Shown here one piece after another: positions 28,742 through 37,940 of a DNA stretch of 64,000 nt; the first letter of the stretch is position 1, and each line of letters opens with the position of its first letter. This stretch comes from Methanothrix harundinacea (GTDB lineage: Archaea; Halobacteriota; Methanosarcinia; Methanotrichales; Methanotrichaceae). Under the pieces are notes generated by a model. That model was not told where the DNA came from and did no database searches. It saw only the letters and a list, made by a program, of their open reading frames with translations. The stretch is taken from positions 5,122 to 69,121 of the forward strand of contig LGFT01000007.1 in the NCBI GenBank assembly GCA_001509375.1. The letters are read 5' to 3'. The position numbers and the translations under genes were made by a program.

Positions 28742-28993
28742 CTTACTTCATCTTCCTGAGGGATCAATCCTCAATTCAAAGGTTGAAGGCAAGATGTACT
28801 AATAGGTTGCGTCAAATGAGGTTTAACGGCGGTGGATGGAAAGAGGATGCTGTAGGATCTCCTCTAGATGTTTTAGATCGGCGTTCTAGCTGTATCTCAA
28901 AATATATTTACTTGCGCCAAGAACCCCTGGTAGGGATATCTTCAAGAGGCAAGGAAATCGAAAGGCCGACCATAAAAGAGCGCAGGTTTCATC

Positions 28994-29938
28994 GTGCAGA
29001 TCAATCTTCATAAAAATACTGCCTTCATCCTGACTCTGGCCGCCACCCTCGGCTTCCTCCTCCCGGGACCGGCCGAGAGGATCGAGTTTCTGGTAATCCC
29101 GGCCCTCTTTCTGATGATGGCCTTCTCCATGGCAGGGATCGATCTCGGCATTCCGCCGATCCGGGGGGCGATGGCCGGATTTCTTATCAACTACCTCTTT
29201 TTATCGGGGCTGATCCTTTTCATCGCCCCCCTGGTCCTGGTGGAGGAGGCGCTGATTCTCGGATTTGTGGTGATGGCCGCAACCCCTCCGGCGGTGGCCG
29301 TAGTTCCCCTGACGAAGCTTTTGGCGGGCGACGTCCGGCTCGCCCTCTACTCGGAGGCGCTATCGTATCTCGGGTCTCTCGTCCTCATGCCCCTGATAAT
29401 ATTCCTCTTCGCCGGGGAGGCGGGGGCGGCGGTGGGAGTCGGCGAGACCTTTGAGATCGTCCTCATCCTGATCCTCCTTCCCATCCTCGCCTCAAGATAC
29501 GTCAACCTGCTGAAGATCGATCCGGCCCACCCCATCAACGCCGGCCTATTCTCCGTCACCTACATCGTGGTGGGGCTGAACAGCAGCGCCATCTCAATGG
29601 AGGCGGCGGGGGTGGCGGGAGTCCTCCTCGTCGCCTTCGCCCGGACCTTCGCCTCGGGGGCGGCCGTTTATGCCGCCTCGGCCGCCACCGGCGTCGAGCA
29701 TCCTCAGAGGGTCGCCTACACCCTCTTCGGATCCTTCAAGAACCTGGGGCTCGCGGCCACGGTGGCCCTCCTTCTCTTCGGCCCTCGGGCCGCGGTCCCG
29801 GCGGCGGTCTGCATCCTGACCGAGACCGGCTTTTACATCCTCCTCTCGGCCCTGGCCGGGCGGCGGAGAAGGGGGACCAGCTCCTCTGCCCCCCCCGACG
29901 CCGAAGAAAAAATAGCATATAGGATCTGTCAGCAATAA
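28994..29938 (+). CDS. Polytopic membrane transporter, BASS/Acr3-like (Na+-dependent transporter superfamily)
   Basis: A 314-aa ORF with about 9-10 TM segments and a GTG start. The family assignment is tentative and rests on architecture only. Confidence 0.4.
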   Translation: MQINLHKNTAFILTLAATLGFLLPGPAERIEFLVIPALFLMMAFSMAGIDLGIPPIRGAMAGFLINYLFLSGLILFIAPLVLVEEALILGFVVMAATPPAVAVVPLTKLLAGDVRLALYSEALSYLGSLVLMPLIIFLFAGEAGAAVGVGETFEIVLILILLPILASRYVNLLKIDPAHPINAGLFSVTYIVVGLNSSAISMEAAGVAGVLLVAFARTFASGAAVYAASAATGVEHPQRVAYTLFGSFKNLGLAATVALLLFGPRAAVPAAVCILTETGFYILLSALAGRRRRGTSSSAPPDAEEKIAYRICQQ

Positions 29939-29973
29939 CCATTGCATAACGAGCGGATTTCGGCTCAGAGGCG

Positions 29974-30312
29974 GTGGAGATGATGATGGATCGGATAGAG
30001 GGAGAGAAAGAAGTGGCCAAAGCCTGCCCCTTCGTGGCGCGAGGCTGCCTGCAGGCGGGGTGCATGGCCTGGGACGATCCCGGCGGCGGGCGCAGATTGA
30101 TCCCATCGACAAAAGAGGCCGCGAGCGCCTTCGACGCGCACCTTCACGAAGCGGCGCCGCTCTTGTACGGCTCGCTTCTGGACCTGGTGCGGGTGATGGA
30201 GGAGCGGGCGCGGGAGTGCGACGCCTGCGGCGCCGAACTCTGGGACTACGCCCAGGAGGTGAGGAGGAGCTTTCTCGACGACCTGATCGAGGCTCAGCTG
30301 AAGGTGGGGTGA
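29974..30312 (+). CDS. Hypothetical protein
   Basis: A 112-aa ORF whose codon usage is consistent with its neighbours. It contains CPFVARGCLQAGC and CDAC. I recognise no family. Confidence 0.35.
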   Translation: MEMMMDRIEGEKEVAKACPFVARGCLQAGCMAWDDPGGGRRLIPSTKEAASAFDAHLHEAAPLLYGSLLDLVRVMEERARECDACGAELWDYAQEVRRSFLDDLIEAQLKVG

Positions 30313-30409
30313 AGGGGGAGGAGATGGGGGGAGAAAGGTGAGAAGGCAGAAGGGGAGTTCGGGTCGATGAAAGATATTTCTTCCGAGAGATAAACTGAAT
30401 AACGAAAAG

Positions 30410-30775
30410 GTGCCGGAGGTCGAATTGACGACATCGTCAAAGAGGAAACCGCGATCGCAATCTCAAGGGAGGGTAAAGACCGCAGAGGAGATCGCCCAGA
30501 TTCTGAGGTCTCACATGCCAGAGCTCGTCAGTCGCTACAAGGTGATGTCTCTTGGGATCTTCGGCTCCTATATCCGGGGTGAGGCCGACGAGGAGAGCGA
30601 CATCGACCTTCTGGTGGATCTGGAGGAGGGCGAGGTGCCGCTCACCCTTCTGGAGTTCATCGCCCTCGAAAACCATTTGAGCGATCTCCTGGGGGCGAAG
30701 GTGGACCTGGTGGAAAGAAGCGCCCTCAAGCCCGCCATAGGTCGTCGCATCCTGGAGGAGGTCGAGATGGTATGA
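30410..30775 (+). CDS. mntA: MNT nucleotidyltransferase antitoxin (type VII TA)
   Basis: A 121-aa ORF. FGSYIRGEADEESDIDLLVDL contains the GSxxRG...DxD minimal nucleotidyltransferase motif. Its stop overlaps the HepT start (ATGA). Confidence 0.85.
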   Translation: MPEVELTTSSKRKPRSQSQGRVKTAEEIAQILRSHMPELVSRYKVMSLGIFGSYIRGEADEESDIDLLVDLEEGEVPLTLLEFIALENHLSDLLGAKVDLVERSALKPAIGRRILEEVEMV

Positions 30776-31146
30776 GGAAAGGGAAACGCGAGATGCTCGA
30801 CTATCTCCAGGACATCCTCGACGCGATTGAGAGCGCTGAGAGCTTTGTTGCAGATATGGATTACGACGCCTTCGAAGCGGATGAAAAGACCAACTTTGCA
30901 GCGGTCAGGGCGCTGGAGATCGTGGGTGAAGCCTCCAAGAAAATCCCTCCCGATATTCGCCGAGAGTATCCCGATGTTCCCTGGAGAGAGATGGCGGGGA
31001 TGCGAGATAAGCTGAGCCATGATTACTTCGGAGTAAACTTGCAGAGGGTATTTGAGACCGTGCGCCGGGACCTACCTCCTCTGCGTGCCTCCATTAAAAA
31101 AATTGTCGACGAACTCGAAACTGCCAAAGGTGATCTGAAGATCTGA
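30772..31146 (+). CDS. hepT: HepT (DUF86) RNase toxin (type VII TA)
   Basis: A 124-aa ORF. The Rx4HxY active-site motif is present as RDKLSHDY, and the size is typical of DUF86. Confidence 0.85.
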   Translation: MRKGKREMLDYLQDILDAIESAESFVADMDYDAFEADEKTNFAAVRALEIVGEASKKIPPDIRREYPDVPWREMAGMRDKLSHDYFGVNLQRVFETVRRDLPPLRASIKKIVDELETAKGDLKI

Positions 31147-31252
31147 ATCCATTTTCGCCAAATATATTCCGTAACGTAAAACAAAGTTCGATCGAAAGGC
31201 CTATCGTCCCCATCGACACAGTGCATTTGCCAAAAGTTAGGAGCCCCACTAC

Positions 31253-32395
31253 ATGATTTCACGACGAGCAGAGGAGATGACCCCCTTTTTGGTGATGGAC
31301 GTTTTGGAGCGCGCCCATGCGATGGAGAGGCAGGGGATCGACGTCGTCCACCTGGAGGTGGGCGAGCCCGACTTCGACCTCCCGGCCCCGATTTCGGAGG
31401 CGGTGGCCGAAGCCCTCGCGCAAGGGCACACCCACTACACCCACAGCCTCGGCGACCCCGAGCTCCGGGAGGCGATCGCCGAGCACTACAATGAGCGGTA
31501 CGGCGTCTCCGTCTCGCCCGACCGGATCGTCGTCGGCTCGGGGACCTCGCCGGCCATGATGCTCGTCTTCTCGGCGCTTCTGGAGGCGGGCGACGAGGTG
31601 ATCATCTCCGACCCCGGCTACGCCTGCTACCCGAACTTCATCCGCTTTGCGGGCGGCGTCCCCGTCCCCGTCCCCGTCTCCGAGGAGGACGGATTCCAGC
31701 TCTCGGCGGAGGCGATCGCTTCGCGGATCTCCGATCAGACCCGGGCCGTGGTCATCAACTCGCCCTCAAACCCGACGGGAATCGTCCTCTCGGAAGAGAG
31801 GATGCGGGCGATCGCCGGGCTATCGCCCACCGTCGTATCCGACGAGATCTACCACGGCCTCGTCTACGCTGGAAAGGAGCACTCGATCCTGGAGTTCACC
31901 GACGACGCCATCGTCTTGAACGGCTTCTCCAAGCTCTACGCCATGACCGGCCTGCGGCTGGGATACCTCATCGCGCCTCCTGAGTTCATCAGGCCGATCC
32001 AGAAGATGCAGCAGAACCTCTTCATCTGCGCCAACTCCGCCGTCCAGAGGGCGGGGATCGCAGCCCTCCGGGAGACCGCCGAGGACGTCTCCCGGATGAG
32101 GCGGACCTACGACGAACGGCGGCGGTTCATGATCCGGCGGCTCCGGGAGCTGGGCTTCGGGATCGCCACCGAGCCGACGGGCGCCTTCTACGTCTTCGCC
32201 AACGCTCGCCACATATCGTCAGACTCGTACGACCTCGCCTTCGACATCCTGGAGAAGGCCCACGTCGGCGTGACCCCTGGCGTCGACTTCGGCACCAACG
32301 GCGAGGGATACCTCCGCTTCTCCTACGCCAGCTCTCTTTCGAGGATCGCCGAGGGGCTCTCAAGAGTGGAGAGGTACCTGGAAAATCGAAGATAG
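31253..32395 (+). CDS. Class I/II PLP-dependent (aspartate-type) aminotransferase
   Basis: A 380-aa ORF. Motifs are GEPDF, INSPSNPTG and the PLP-lysine motif NGFSKLYAMTGLRLGY. Confidence 0.85.
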   Translation: MISRRAEEMTPFLVMDVLERAHAMERQGIDVVHLEVGEPDFDLPAPISEAVAEALAQGHTHYTHSLGDPELREAIAEHYNERYGVSVSPDRIVVGSGTSPAMMLVFSALLEAGDEVIISDPGYACYPNFIRFAGGVPVPVPVSEEDGFQLSAEAIASRISDQTRAVVINSPSNPTGIVLSEERMRAIAGLSPTVVSDEIYHGLVYAGKEHSILEFTDDAIVLNGFSKLYAMTGLRLGYLIAPPEFIRPIQKMQQNLFICANSAVQRAGIAALRETAEDVSRMRRTYDERRRFMIRRLRELGFGIATEPTGAFYVFANARHISSDSYDLAFDILEKAHVGVTPGVDFGTNGEGYLRFSYASSLSRIAEGLSRVERYLENRR

Positions 32396-32483
32396 AGGGG
32401 GAGCTTCAGTCGGGTCTTGAAGGTCCGTCGGACGGAAACCTTTTTCCAGGCTCCATAAGCTGTTTTTGAGCTGAGGTAAAGCT

Positions 32484-33155
32484 ATGCCGCTTCGAGGATA
32501 CGGCCTACTGAAGGGGAAGGCGATCGGGAGCCAAAACGGAGGCGGAGAGAACCACCACTTCCACGTCCTGGTCGTCGACGACGAGCTGAGACATAGAGTC
32601 GCCGTAAACGTCACGTCGAGCATTCCGCCGTCTGATCTGCTCTACTTTGTGGACGAAGACTTCAACCACCCGATCATTGAGGAGCTGATCGCCCTCCCCT
32701 TCGGCTTCCTCGACCTGGAATCAAAGCCCGGAGGGATGGCCCTCGACTACATCAGGGGGGAGATATTCGACCCCTCCAAGATGAGGCCCCTTCCCAGCGA
32801 CCTTCCCGGCCCAAATAACGATCTGAACGATCTGATCCACAAGTACATCGCGACGGCCATCGAGATGGAGAAGAGCGCGATCTACGCCTTCGGCCAGAGG
32901 TGGGGGCCGGATGGTGAACGGGACGTGTACTTCGGCTTCAAGCCCGGAAGCGGCATCCACAACATCCACATGAACCAGGGAAACTCCGAGGCCTGGGAGA
33001 AGGACGACGGTGTATACCAGGACGGCGGACTTCTGATCCATCTCCCCGACGAGGATCAGTGGGTATCCATATTTCTCGCCTTCCAGTCCCAGTGCTTCCA
33101 AACCGATGACAGGACGGGCCACTGCATCGATGAATCCCCAAGATCGAGAGATTGA
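32484..33155 (+). CDS. DUF2278 (YukJ-like) protein
   Basis: A 223-aa ORF. YGLLKGKAI...NHHFHVLV...RVAVNV and the later GIHNIHMNQGN are typical of DUF2278. Confidence 0.6.
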   Translation: MPLRGYGLLKGKAIGSQNGGGENHHFHVLVVDDELRHRVAVNVTSSIPPSDLLYFVDEDFNHPIIEELIALPFGFLDLESKPGGMALDYIRGEIFDPSKMRPLPSDLPGPNNDLNDLIHKYIATAIEMEKSAIYAFGQRWGPDGERDVYFGFKPGSGIHNIHMNQGNSEAWEKDDGVYQDGGLLIHLPDEDQWVSIFLAFQSQCFQTDDRTGHCIDESPRSRD

Positions 33156-33226
33156 ATTGAATCAAAGCCATCCTGATCACCGCTAGCTCTCGCGAAACCC
33201 GATGGTCGAGATCGCCAAACGGCCGG

Positions 33227-33877
33227 TTAATCCGGCTTTCTCCTCTTCCCCGGCATCGTCCTGTAGATCGCGGCGTCGGGGAGGATCTTCCCTTCCATCC
33301 GGAGCTTCTGGACCTTCGGGCCGATCGCCTCCATCCTCTCCGTGAACTGGTCACCGACGAGCTTCTCAAGCTTCTTTTTGTCCGGCACCTTTCCCTTTCC
33401 CATGCCGGGACAGGTGGGGTTGTATCCTATCTCCAGGACGATCCCCCCCGAGGGACGGGACTTCTCGACGACGACGAAGGGGAAGAGACGACATGCCGTA
33501 GGCCTCACCGGGTATATGGTGCAGCCCTTACCATCCTTGTAAAAGACGCAGGCGCCATCCGACTCCCTCGACTTCATCACCGGCAAGTCGAGGATCACCT
33601 TCCCCCCTCCGTCCTCGATCCTGAGGCTCCCTTTTTTGTCGTCATAGAGGGTGTCGACGAACTCTTCGGGGGCCAGCCTCGTCCTCCGGCAGATCTTCTC
33701 GATGTCTTTTTCTGTGAGGTAGATCAGGTTGCTCTTCTCCACGAACTCCGCCTGCCTCTCGGGAGGGACCAGGTCCTCGAACTCCTCAGGTCGGCGATGA
33801 TGACAACAGGACCCACACCGCTGGCACCGAAAACGGGCAGATCCGAAGGCGGCCCTGATCTCCACTCGAAACGGCAA
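33227..33877 (-). CDS. YkgJ-family (UPF0153, CxxCxxCC) cysteine-cluster protein
   Basis: A 216-aa ORF. It has RCQRCGSCCH near the N-terminus and a second Cys cluster (...GACVFY...GCTIYPVRPTACR). Confidence 0.7.
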   Translation of the reverse strand: MPFRVEIRAAFGSARFRCQRCGSCCHHRRPEEFEDLVPPERQAEFVEKSNLIYLTEKDIEKICRRTRLAPEEFVDTLYDDKKGSLRIEDGGGKVILDLPVMKSRESDGACVFYKDGKGCTIYPVRPTACRLFPFVVVEKSRPSGGIVLEIGYNPTCPGMGKGKVPDKKKLEKLVGDQFTERMEAIGPKVQKLRMEGKILPDAAIYRTMPGKRRKPD

Positions 33878-33915
33878 GAAAATCGCCTCAAAAATAAAAA
33901 AAAGAAAAAAGGGTT

Positions 33916-34851
33916 TTAGAGCAGCTTGTTGATGGGGTGGTTCGGGTCAAGGACGTCCAGGCCGAGCTCTTTTGCGCTCTCAGCGCACATGATGTCGACC
34001 ATGGCAGCGGCCGGGAAGACGAGGGTCGCGTTCTCGATGGGGCCATAGAGGTAATAGTCGGCACCCAGGATTCCCGCAACTAGGTTTGATCCGATATCCA
34101 CTGGAGTGAAGGCCGGTCTGTTGACCTTCCTGTACTTCTTCATCCAGTCCCAGGCAGAGGCGCCGTTGTGGTAGCCCGCGCCCACGGGAAGCCCCAAGAT
34201 CGCCTTGACTGCTATCCCTGCCCTTATGGTGGCGCCGGACCCGCTGCCAAGAGGCATGGCGGCGACGTCGATGAGGGGCCTTGTGATCCCGGCCTCTGTT
34301 GCGTAGTCGAGCATCCCCTTCTCTGCGCCCCCCGCGGCCTTCGTCAGAACGTCCATCTTGCCCTGAGTGGTGGCGTCGAGGGCGTTGAAGGCGAGGACGA
34401 TGGCGGAGTCGAGATCACTCTCCTTGACGGCCTGGAACTCCTCGGGGGTGATGCTGGCGTTGATGGAGTTGTGGATCGCCCGATCGGCAACGCCGATCTC
34501 TGTGGCGTACTTGACGCCGAAACCCCTAACGCTGGGGGCGCTGGAGTCCACCAGGAAAGGAGCGTCGGATATGTCTACGAACCAGTCCAGGTACTTGGCC
34601 ATGGCCTCGTCGGTCTCGGCGACGATCTGGTTGAAACAGGGGTTTCCGGTGGTGTCGCTCATCTCTTCCTGGTCTTTCCACAGCTTCTCCGCGGCAGCAA
34701 CGTCGAAGAGACCCTTGTCCTCGTCGGTCACTATCTTGTGCCGGGAATAGAACATCGTGCCTATGCAGACGGTGGGGTACTCGCCGGGCTGACCTCCCAC
34801 CTTGATCTTGCCGAACTCGAATACCTCTTGCTTCTTGTCAAATCTGAACAT
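33916..34851 (-). CDS. mtrH: Tetrahydromethanopterin S-methyltransferase subunit H
   Basis: A 311-aa ORF with MFRFDKKQEVFEFGKIKVGGQPGEYPTV... It is the last gene of the mtr operon order. Confidence 0.95.
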   Translation of the reverse strand: MFRFDKKQEVFEFGKIKVGGQPGEYPTVCIGTMFYSRHKIVTDEDKGLFDVAAAEKLWKDQEEMSDTTGNPCFNQIVAETDEAMAKYLDWFVDISDAPFLVDSSAPSVRGFGVKYATEIGVADRAIHNSINASITPEEFQAVKESDLDSAIVLAFNALDATTQGKMDVLTKAAGGAEKGMLDYATEAGITRPLIDVAAMPLGSGSGATIRAGIAVKAILGLPVGAGYHNGASAWDWMKKYRKVNRPAFTPVDIGSNLVAGILGADYYLYGPIENATLVFPAAAMVDIMCAESAKELGLDVLDPNHPINKLL

Positions 34852-34860
34852 GTCAAACCC

Positions 34861-35085
34861 TCACGCAACGGCCAGCAAATAGTATGCCAGCACCAATATT
34901 AATCCTCCACAGACCCCGTAGAGGATGCCGATATCTCTGCCGAGCTTCTTGCCCTGCCTCTGGGCAATCTCTGCGCTCACGAACTCTATCTTCTCATCAA
35001 TCTTTGCCAGCTTGTCCAGGACGTCCCTGTACTGCTCCTGGTCCACTACGACGCTGGGTACTACATCTCGATTATCTTGAGCCAT
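34861..35085 (-). CDS. mtrG: Tetrahydromethanopterin S-methyltransferase subunit G
   Basis: A 74-aa ORF. Helical EKIEFVSAEIAQRQGKKLGRDIGILYG is followed by a C-terminal TM, and the gene sits between mtrF and mtrH. Confidence 0.9.
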   Translation of the reverse strand: MAQDNRDVVPSVVVDQEQYRDVLDKLAKIDEKIEFVSAEIAQRQGKKLGRDIGILYGVCGGLILVLAYYLLAVA

Positions 35086-35097
35086 GATTGTATCACC

Positions 35098-35400
35098 TCA
35101 GGTCATAAAGTACACTGGCACGAGAACCATCAGAAGCGCAAAGAGGAAGCCGACTATCGCCCCGATGGGCATGGAGGCGTTTACGCCCGAGCTCAGCTTC
35201 TGATCTCTGGCCACCAGCTGCGCTTTGTACTCGATGCTATCTTTGATCTCGTCAAAGGGTCCCATGAAGGGCATCAACACGGTGGGCAGACCCTTCCCGT
35301 AAGGGATGTCGGCAGTTATAGGTTTCTCTTCAAAAACCTCTTCTGTGGCCTCTGCAGCTTCTTCTGTGACCTCTTCAGTCTTTATCTCCTCGTCTGCCAT
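35098..35400 (-). CDS. mtrF: Tetrahydromethanopterin S-methyltransferase subunit F (with acidic N-terminal extension)
   Basis: A 100-aa ORF. The C-terminal ~65 aa are MtrF-like (IEYKAQLVARDQKLSSG plus a TM), and the gene sits between mtrA and mtrG. Confidence 0.8.
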   Translation of the reverse strand: MADEEIKTEEVTEEAAEATEEVFEEKPITADIPYGKGLPTVLMPFMGPFDEIKDSIEYKAQLVARDQKLSSGVNASMPIGAIVGFLFALLMVLVPVYFMT

Positions 35401-35401
35401 C

Positions 35402-36130
35402 TCACATCCCTCCCATCTTGAGGATCAATCCGAAGAGGGCCAGAACGACGGTGAGCCCCGCCGCGATCCCTTCGATCTTTCCGGCGTATATGCCGGCGGC
35501 GTACTTGTTCTGGATTCCCACGTTGGTAACGGCGGCCTCGATCTGCCTCATCCTCGCCCGGATGTTGGCGATCTCTGCCGCCATGGGTCGCAGCCCATGG
35601 GCCTCCTCTTCAGCACCACCCTCGGAGATCTCCACGGTCATGGGCTCCACGTCGAGGGCGCCCGGATCCTTGGAGATGCACTCCTTGATCTTGGAGACGA
35701 TTGTGCCGGTATCCTCGGTGTCGATGATGTTGATCGTCTCTATCTGCTCTTTGAACCTCTCCACGGCCTCTGGGGTCAGGTTCTGGATGAAGGGGATGGC
35801 TCCTATAGCTCCGATGATCCTCCCTTCCTGATCGATCCCGCCCTTTGAGAAGGCCTCGATCGCCTGGCCCGTGATGTGGCCCTTGACCTCCATCCCGGTT
35901 ATTATCAAAAACCTGATGTTGGGGTTGGAGATTATGTTGGCCACCATCTTCTCGATGCCAATGTTCTCAGTCTTGCAGGGGCCTGCCAGGGCCGCGCCCG
36001 CATCGAGGAAAGGTGCGTTGTTCATGTGAGACCCGCAGGTCACGACGGCAACCGGGCTCTCGGCGTTTCCCATCTCGTACTCGCCGGTGATCCAGGGCCA
36101 GGGGTCAGAGGTTGGCTTTTTGTTGGCCAT
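35402..36130 (-). CDS. mtrA: Tetrahydromethanopterin S-methyltransferase subunit A (corrinoid-binding)
   Basis: A 242-aa ORF. It has WPWITGEY..., NIRFLIITGMEVKGHITGQ (His ligand region) and a C-terminal TM. Confidence 0.95.
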   Translation of the reverse strand: MANKKPTSDPWPWITGEYEMGNAESPVAVVTCGSHMNNAPFLDAGAALAGPCKTENIGIEKMVANIISNPNIRFLIITGMEVKGHITGQAIEAFSKGGIDQEGRIIGAIGAIPFIQNLTPEAVERFKEQIETINIIDTEDTGTIVSKIKECISKDPGALDVEPMTVEISEGGAEEEAHGLRPMAAEIANIRARMRQIEAAVTNVGIQNKYAAGIYAGKIEGIAAGLTVVLALFGLILKMGGM

Positions 36131-36442
36131 TCAGAACACACCTCCTTGGGAGAGTAAGTACACTAAGGCGACGACGAGGCCGATGACGAACCCGTACCAT
36201 ATGTTGGTGTAAATGCCCGCCATGTAGCTTGCACCCTCTCTGCCCTTGTAGGAGCCTAGGAGGGGCGCCCGGGGGTCAAGCGAGTTCAATAGGTCGTCGG
36301 CAGCCTTGTTTATCTCATCGATCTGGGCCGTTATCGGGTCCAGAGCGAATTGAACGACGTCCTCCCTCTCCTCTGCGATCATCCCTTCGAGGGGATCGAA
36401 GATCAGATGCAATTCGGAGGGAGTAGCTCTAACAATTCCCAT
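36131..36442 (-). CDS. mtrB: Tetrahydromethanopterin S-methyltransferase subunit B
   Basis: A 103-aa ORF with a C-terminal TM, placed between mtrC and mtrA. Confidence 0.9.
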   Translation of the reverse strand: MGIVRATPSELHLIFDPLEGMIAEEREDVVQFALDPITAQIDEINKAADDLLNSLDPRAPLLGSYKGREGASYMAGIYTNIWYGFVIGLVVALVYLLSQGGVF

Positions 36443-37255
36443 CTACAGACCTCCCTCAGGAAGAAGACCGGTCCCGACCACGCCTGAAGAGTCCCTCTTG
36501 ACGAGCGCGAAGTACCACATGAAGGACTTGATCCAGATGATCACGGCGATGACCACCGTCAGGAGTCCGGCGGCACCGATGGTGGCAAGAGACGCCAATC
36601 CCGCGGCGAACATGGCCAGAGCTCCCGTGGAGATGGTGTGGACCAGGGTCCTGTCCTGGGTCTCATCAGGTCCCAGGTTGGCGTTGAAGGGGTGCAATAT
36701 GGCCAGAGTTCCGGCGATAAAGAGGATCGCTATGTAACCCGTGTTGACGACCGACTCGAGGATCAAGGGATAGCTGATCTCTCCAGATACGGCAACGGAT
36801 AAGCCGATCAGGACGATTGCGCCCGCTCCGCCCAGGGTCATCAATACCTCCTCCATGACGGGGATGTTCATCTTGATGATCTTGTTGGCGAGTAGGCCCA
36901 CGAAGTAGCCGAACCCCATGGCGACGGCGATCCCGATGATGGGTCCCGCGACGCCTCCGATGGAGAGGCCAAACATGGCTGCGACGAGCCCCATCCCCAT
37001 CGCCATGAGGCCGATGGAAGGAACTCCCGTGCCGATGCCGTAGCTGCAGACTCTCCTCACGGCGTCAGAGCCCATCACCACAGCGGCGATGACGCCCAAT
37101 CCAGCCAAGAACGAAAAGTAGCCTGATCCGGTTATGGTGTTCAGAACGTGAGTCAGGTATATTCCCAAAACTCCGCCGCCAAGACCGTACATCATCAGCT
37201 TGGTCTTGTCGATCTTCGATTCTCCTCCGCCTGCTGCAACGCTCATATCAGGCAC
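36443..37255 (-). CDS. mtrC: Tetrahydromethanopterin S-methyltransferase subunit C
   Basis: A 270-aa polytopic, Gly-rich membrane protein at the operon position of mtrC. Confidence 0.9.
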   Translation of the reverse strand: MPDMSVAAGGGESKIDKTKLMMYGLGGGVLGIYLTHVLNTITGSGYFSFLAGLGVIAAVVMGSDAVRRVCSYGIGTGVPSIGLMAMGMGLVAAMFGLSIGGVAGPIIGIAVAMGFGYFVGLLANKIIKMNIPVMEEVLMTLGGAGAIVLIGLSVAVSGEISYPLILESVVNTGYIAILFIAGTLAILHPFNANLGPDETQDRTLVHTISTGALAMFAAGLASLATIGAAGLLTVVIAVIIWIKSFMWYFALVKRDSSGVVGTGLLPEGGL

Positions 37256-37940
37256 CTCCAGTGATCAATACAGCGAATATCCCGATGACCAGCGATGCGA
37301 CGAGACAGACCTGGACGGCTCGGGGAACTCTCTTGAACTTGGGGTCGTGGAATCCCTCGATCGTCCCCTGAATGTTGTAGGACGCGACGACGGCGTTCAC
37401 CACGAAGATACCTATGGCGAAGAAGCCCGAAAGACCAGGGTTCCCGTTGATGCTCATGAGGGCGTAGTATATCAAAGACCCTCCGGCGCCGCCGAGAAGA
37501 CCTCCGATGGTCCCGCTTACAAAGCTGACGGTGGGGATTCCGTGACCTACAGTTCCCGGTGAGATGTAGGGGGGCTGGGGTTCCTTTGTTATGGGGTCAT
37601 AGTCGACCTTGGCAGAGCACGGCGGCACGCCGACTCCGTATATGTAGACCCAGTTGCCCACGATCATGGTGGCGTCTATCATGATCATGGCGCCCACAGC
37701 ACCGCTTATCACGATCATGAGCATGTTATCTGTGACGCTCATCATCAGGCCGGCGCTCAACAGGCCGGTGAGACCTGATCCCGCCGCCAGCTGCACAGTG
37801 CCCGTTCCCACACCAGTGGCCTGGGCCATGGCGGCTGGAGCGCCACCGACAGGCACGAAGTGGACGCCGACGCCCACGAGAAGCCCGCCGATAACGATCT
37901 CTATTATGTACAGTAACATGTTTGCGTCAAATGCGATCAT
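37248..37940 (-). CDS. mtrD: Tetrahydromethanopterin S-methyltransferase subunit D
   Basis: A 230-aa polytopic ORF that overlaps mtrC by 8 nt and mtrE by 4 nt. Confidence 0.9.
   Translation of the reverse strand: MIAFDANMLLYIIEIVIGGLLVGVGVHFVPVGGAPAAMAQATGVGTGTVQLAAGSGLTGLLSAGLMMSVTDNMLMIVISGAVGAMIMIDATMIVGNWVYIYGVGVPPCSAKVDYDPITKEPQPPYISPGTVGHGIPTVSFVSGTIGGLLGGAGGSLIYYALMSINGNPGLSGFFAIGIFVVNAVVASYNIQGTIEGFHDPKFKRVPRAVQVCLVASLVIGIFAVLITGGA

Noticed and set aside
34168-34902. 244-aa plus-strand ORF
   Set aside because: It is antisense to mtrH, which is unambiguous.
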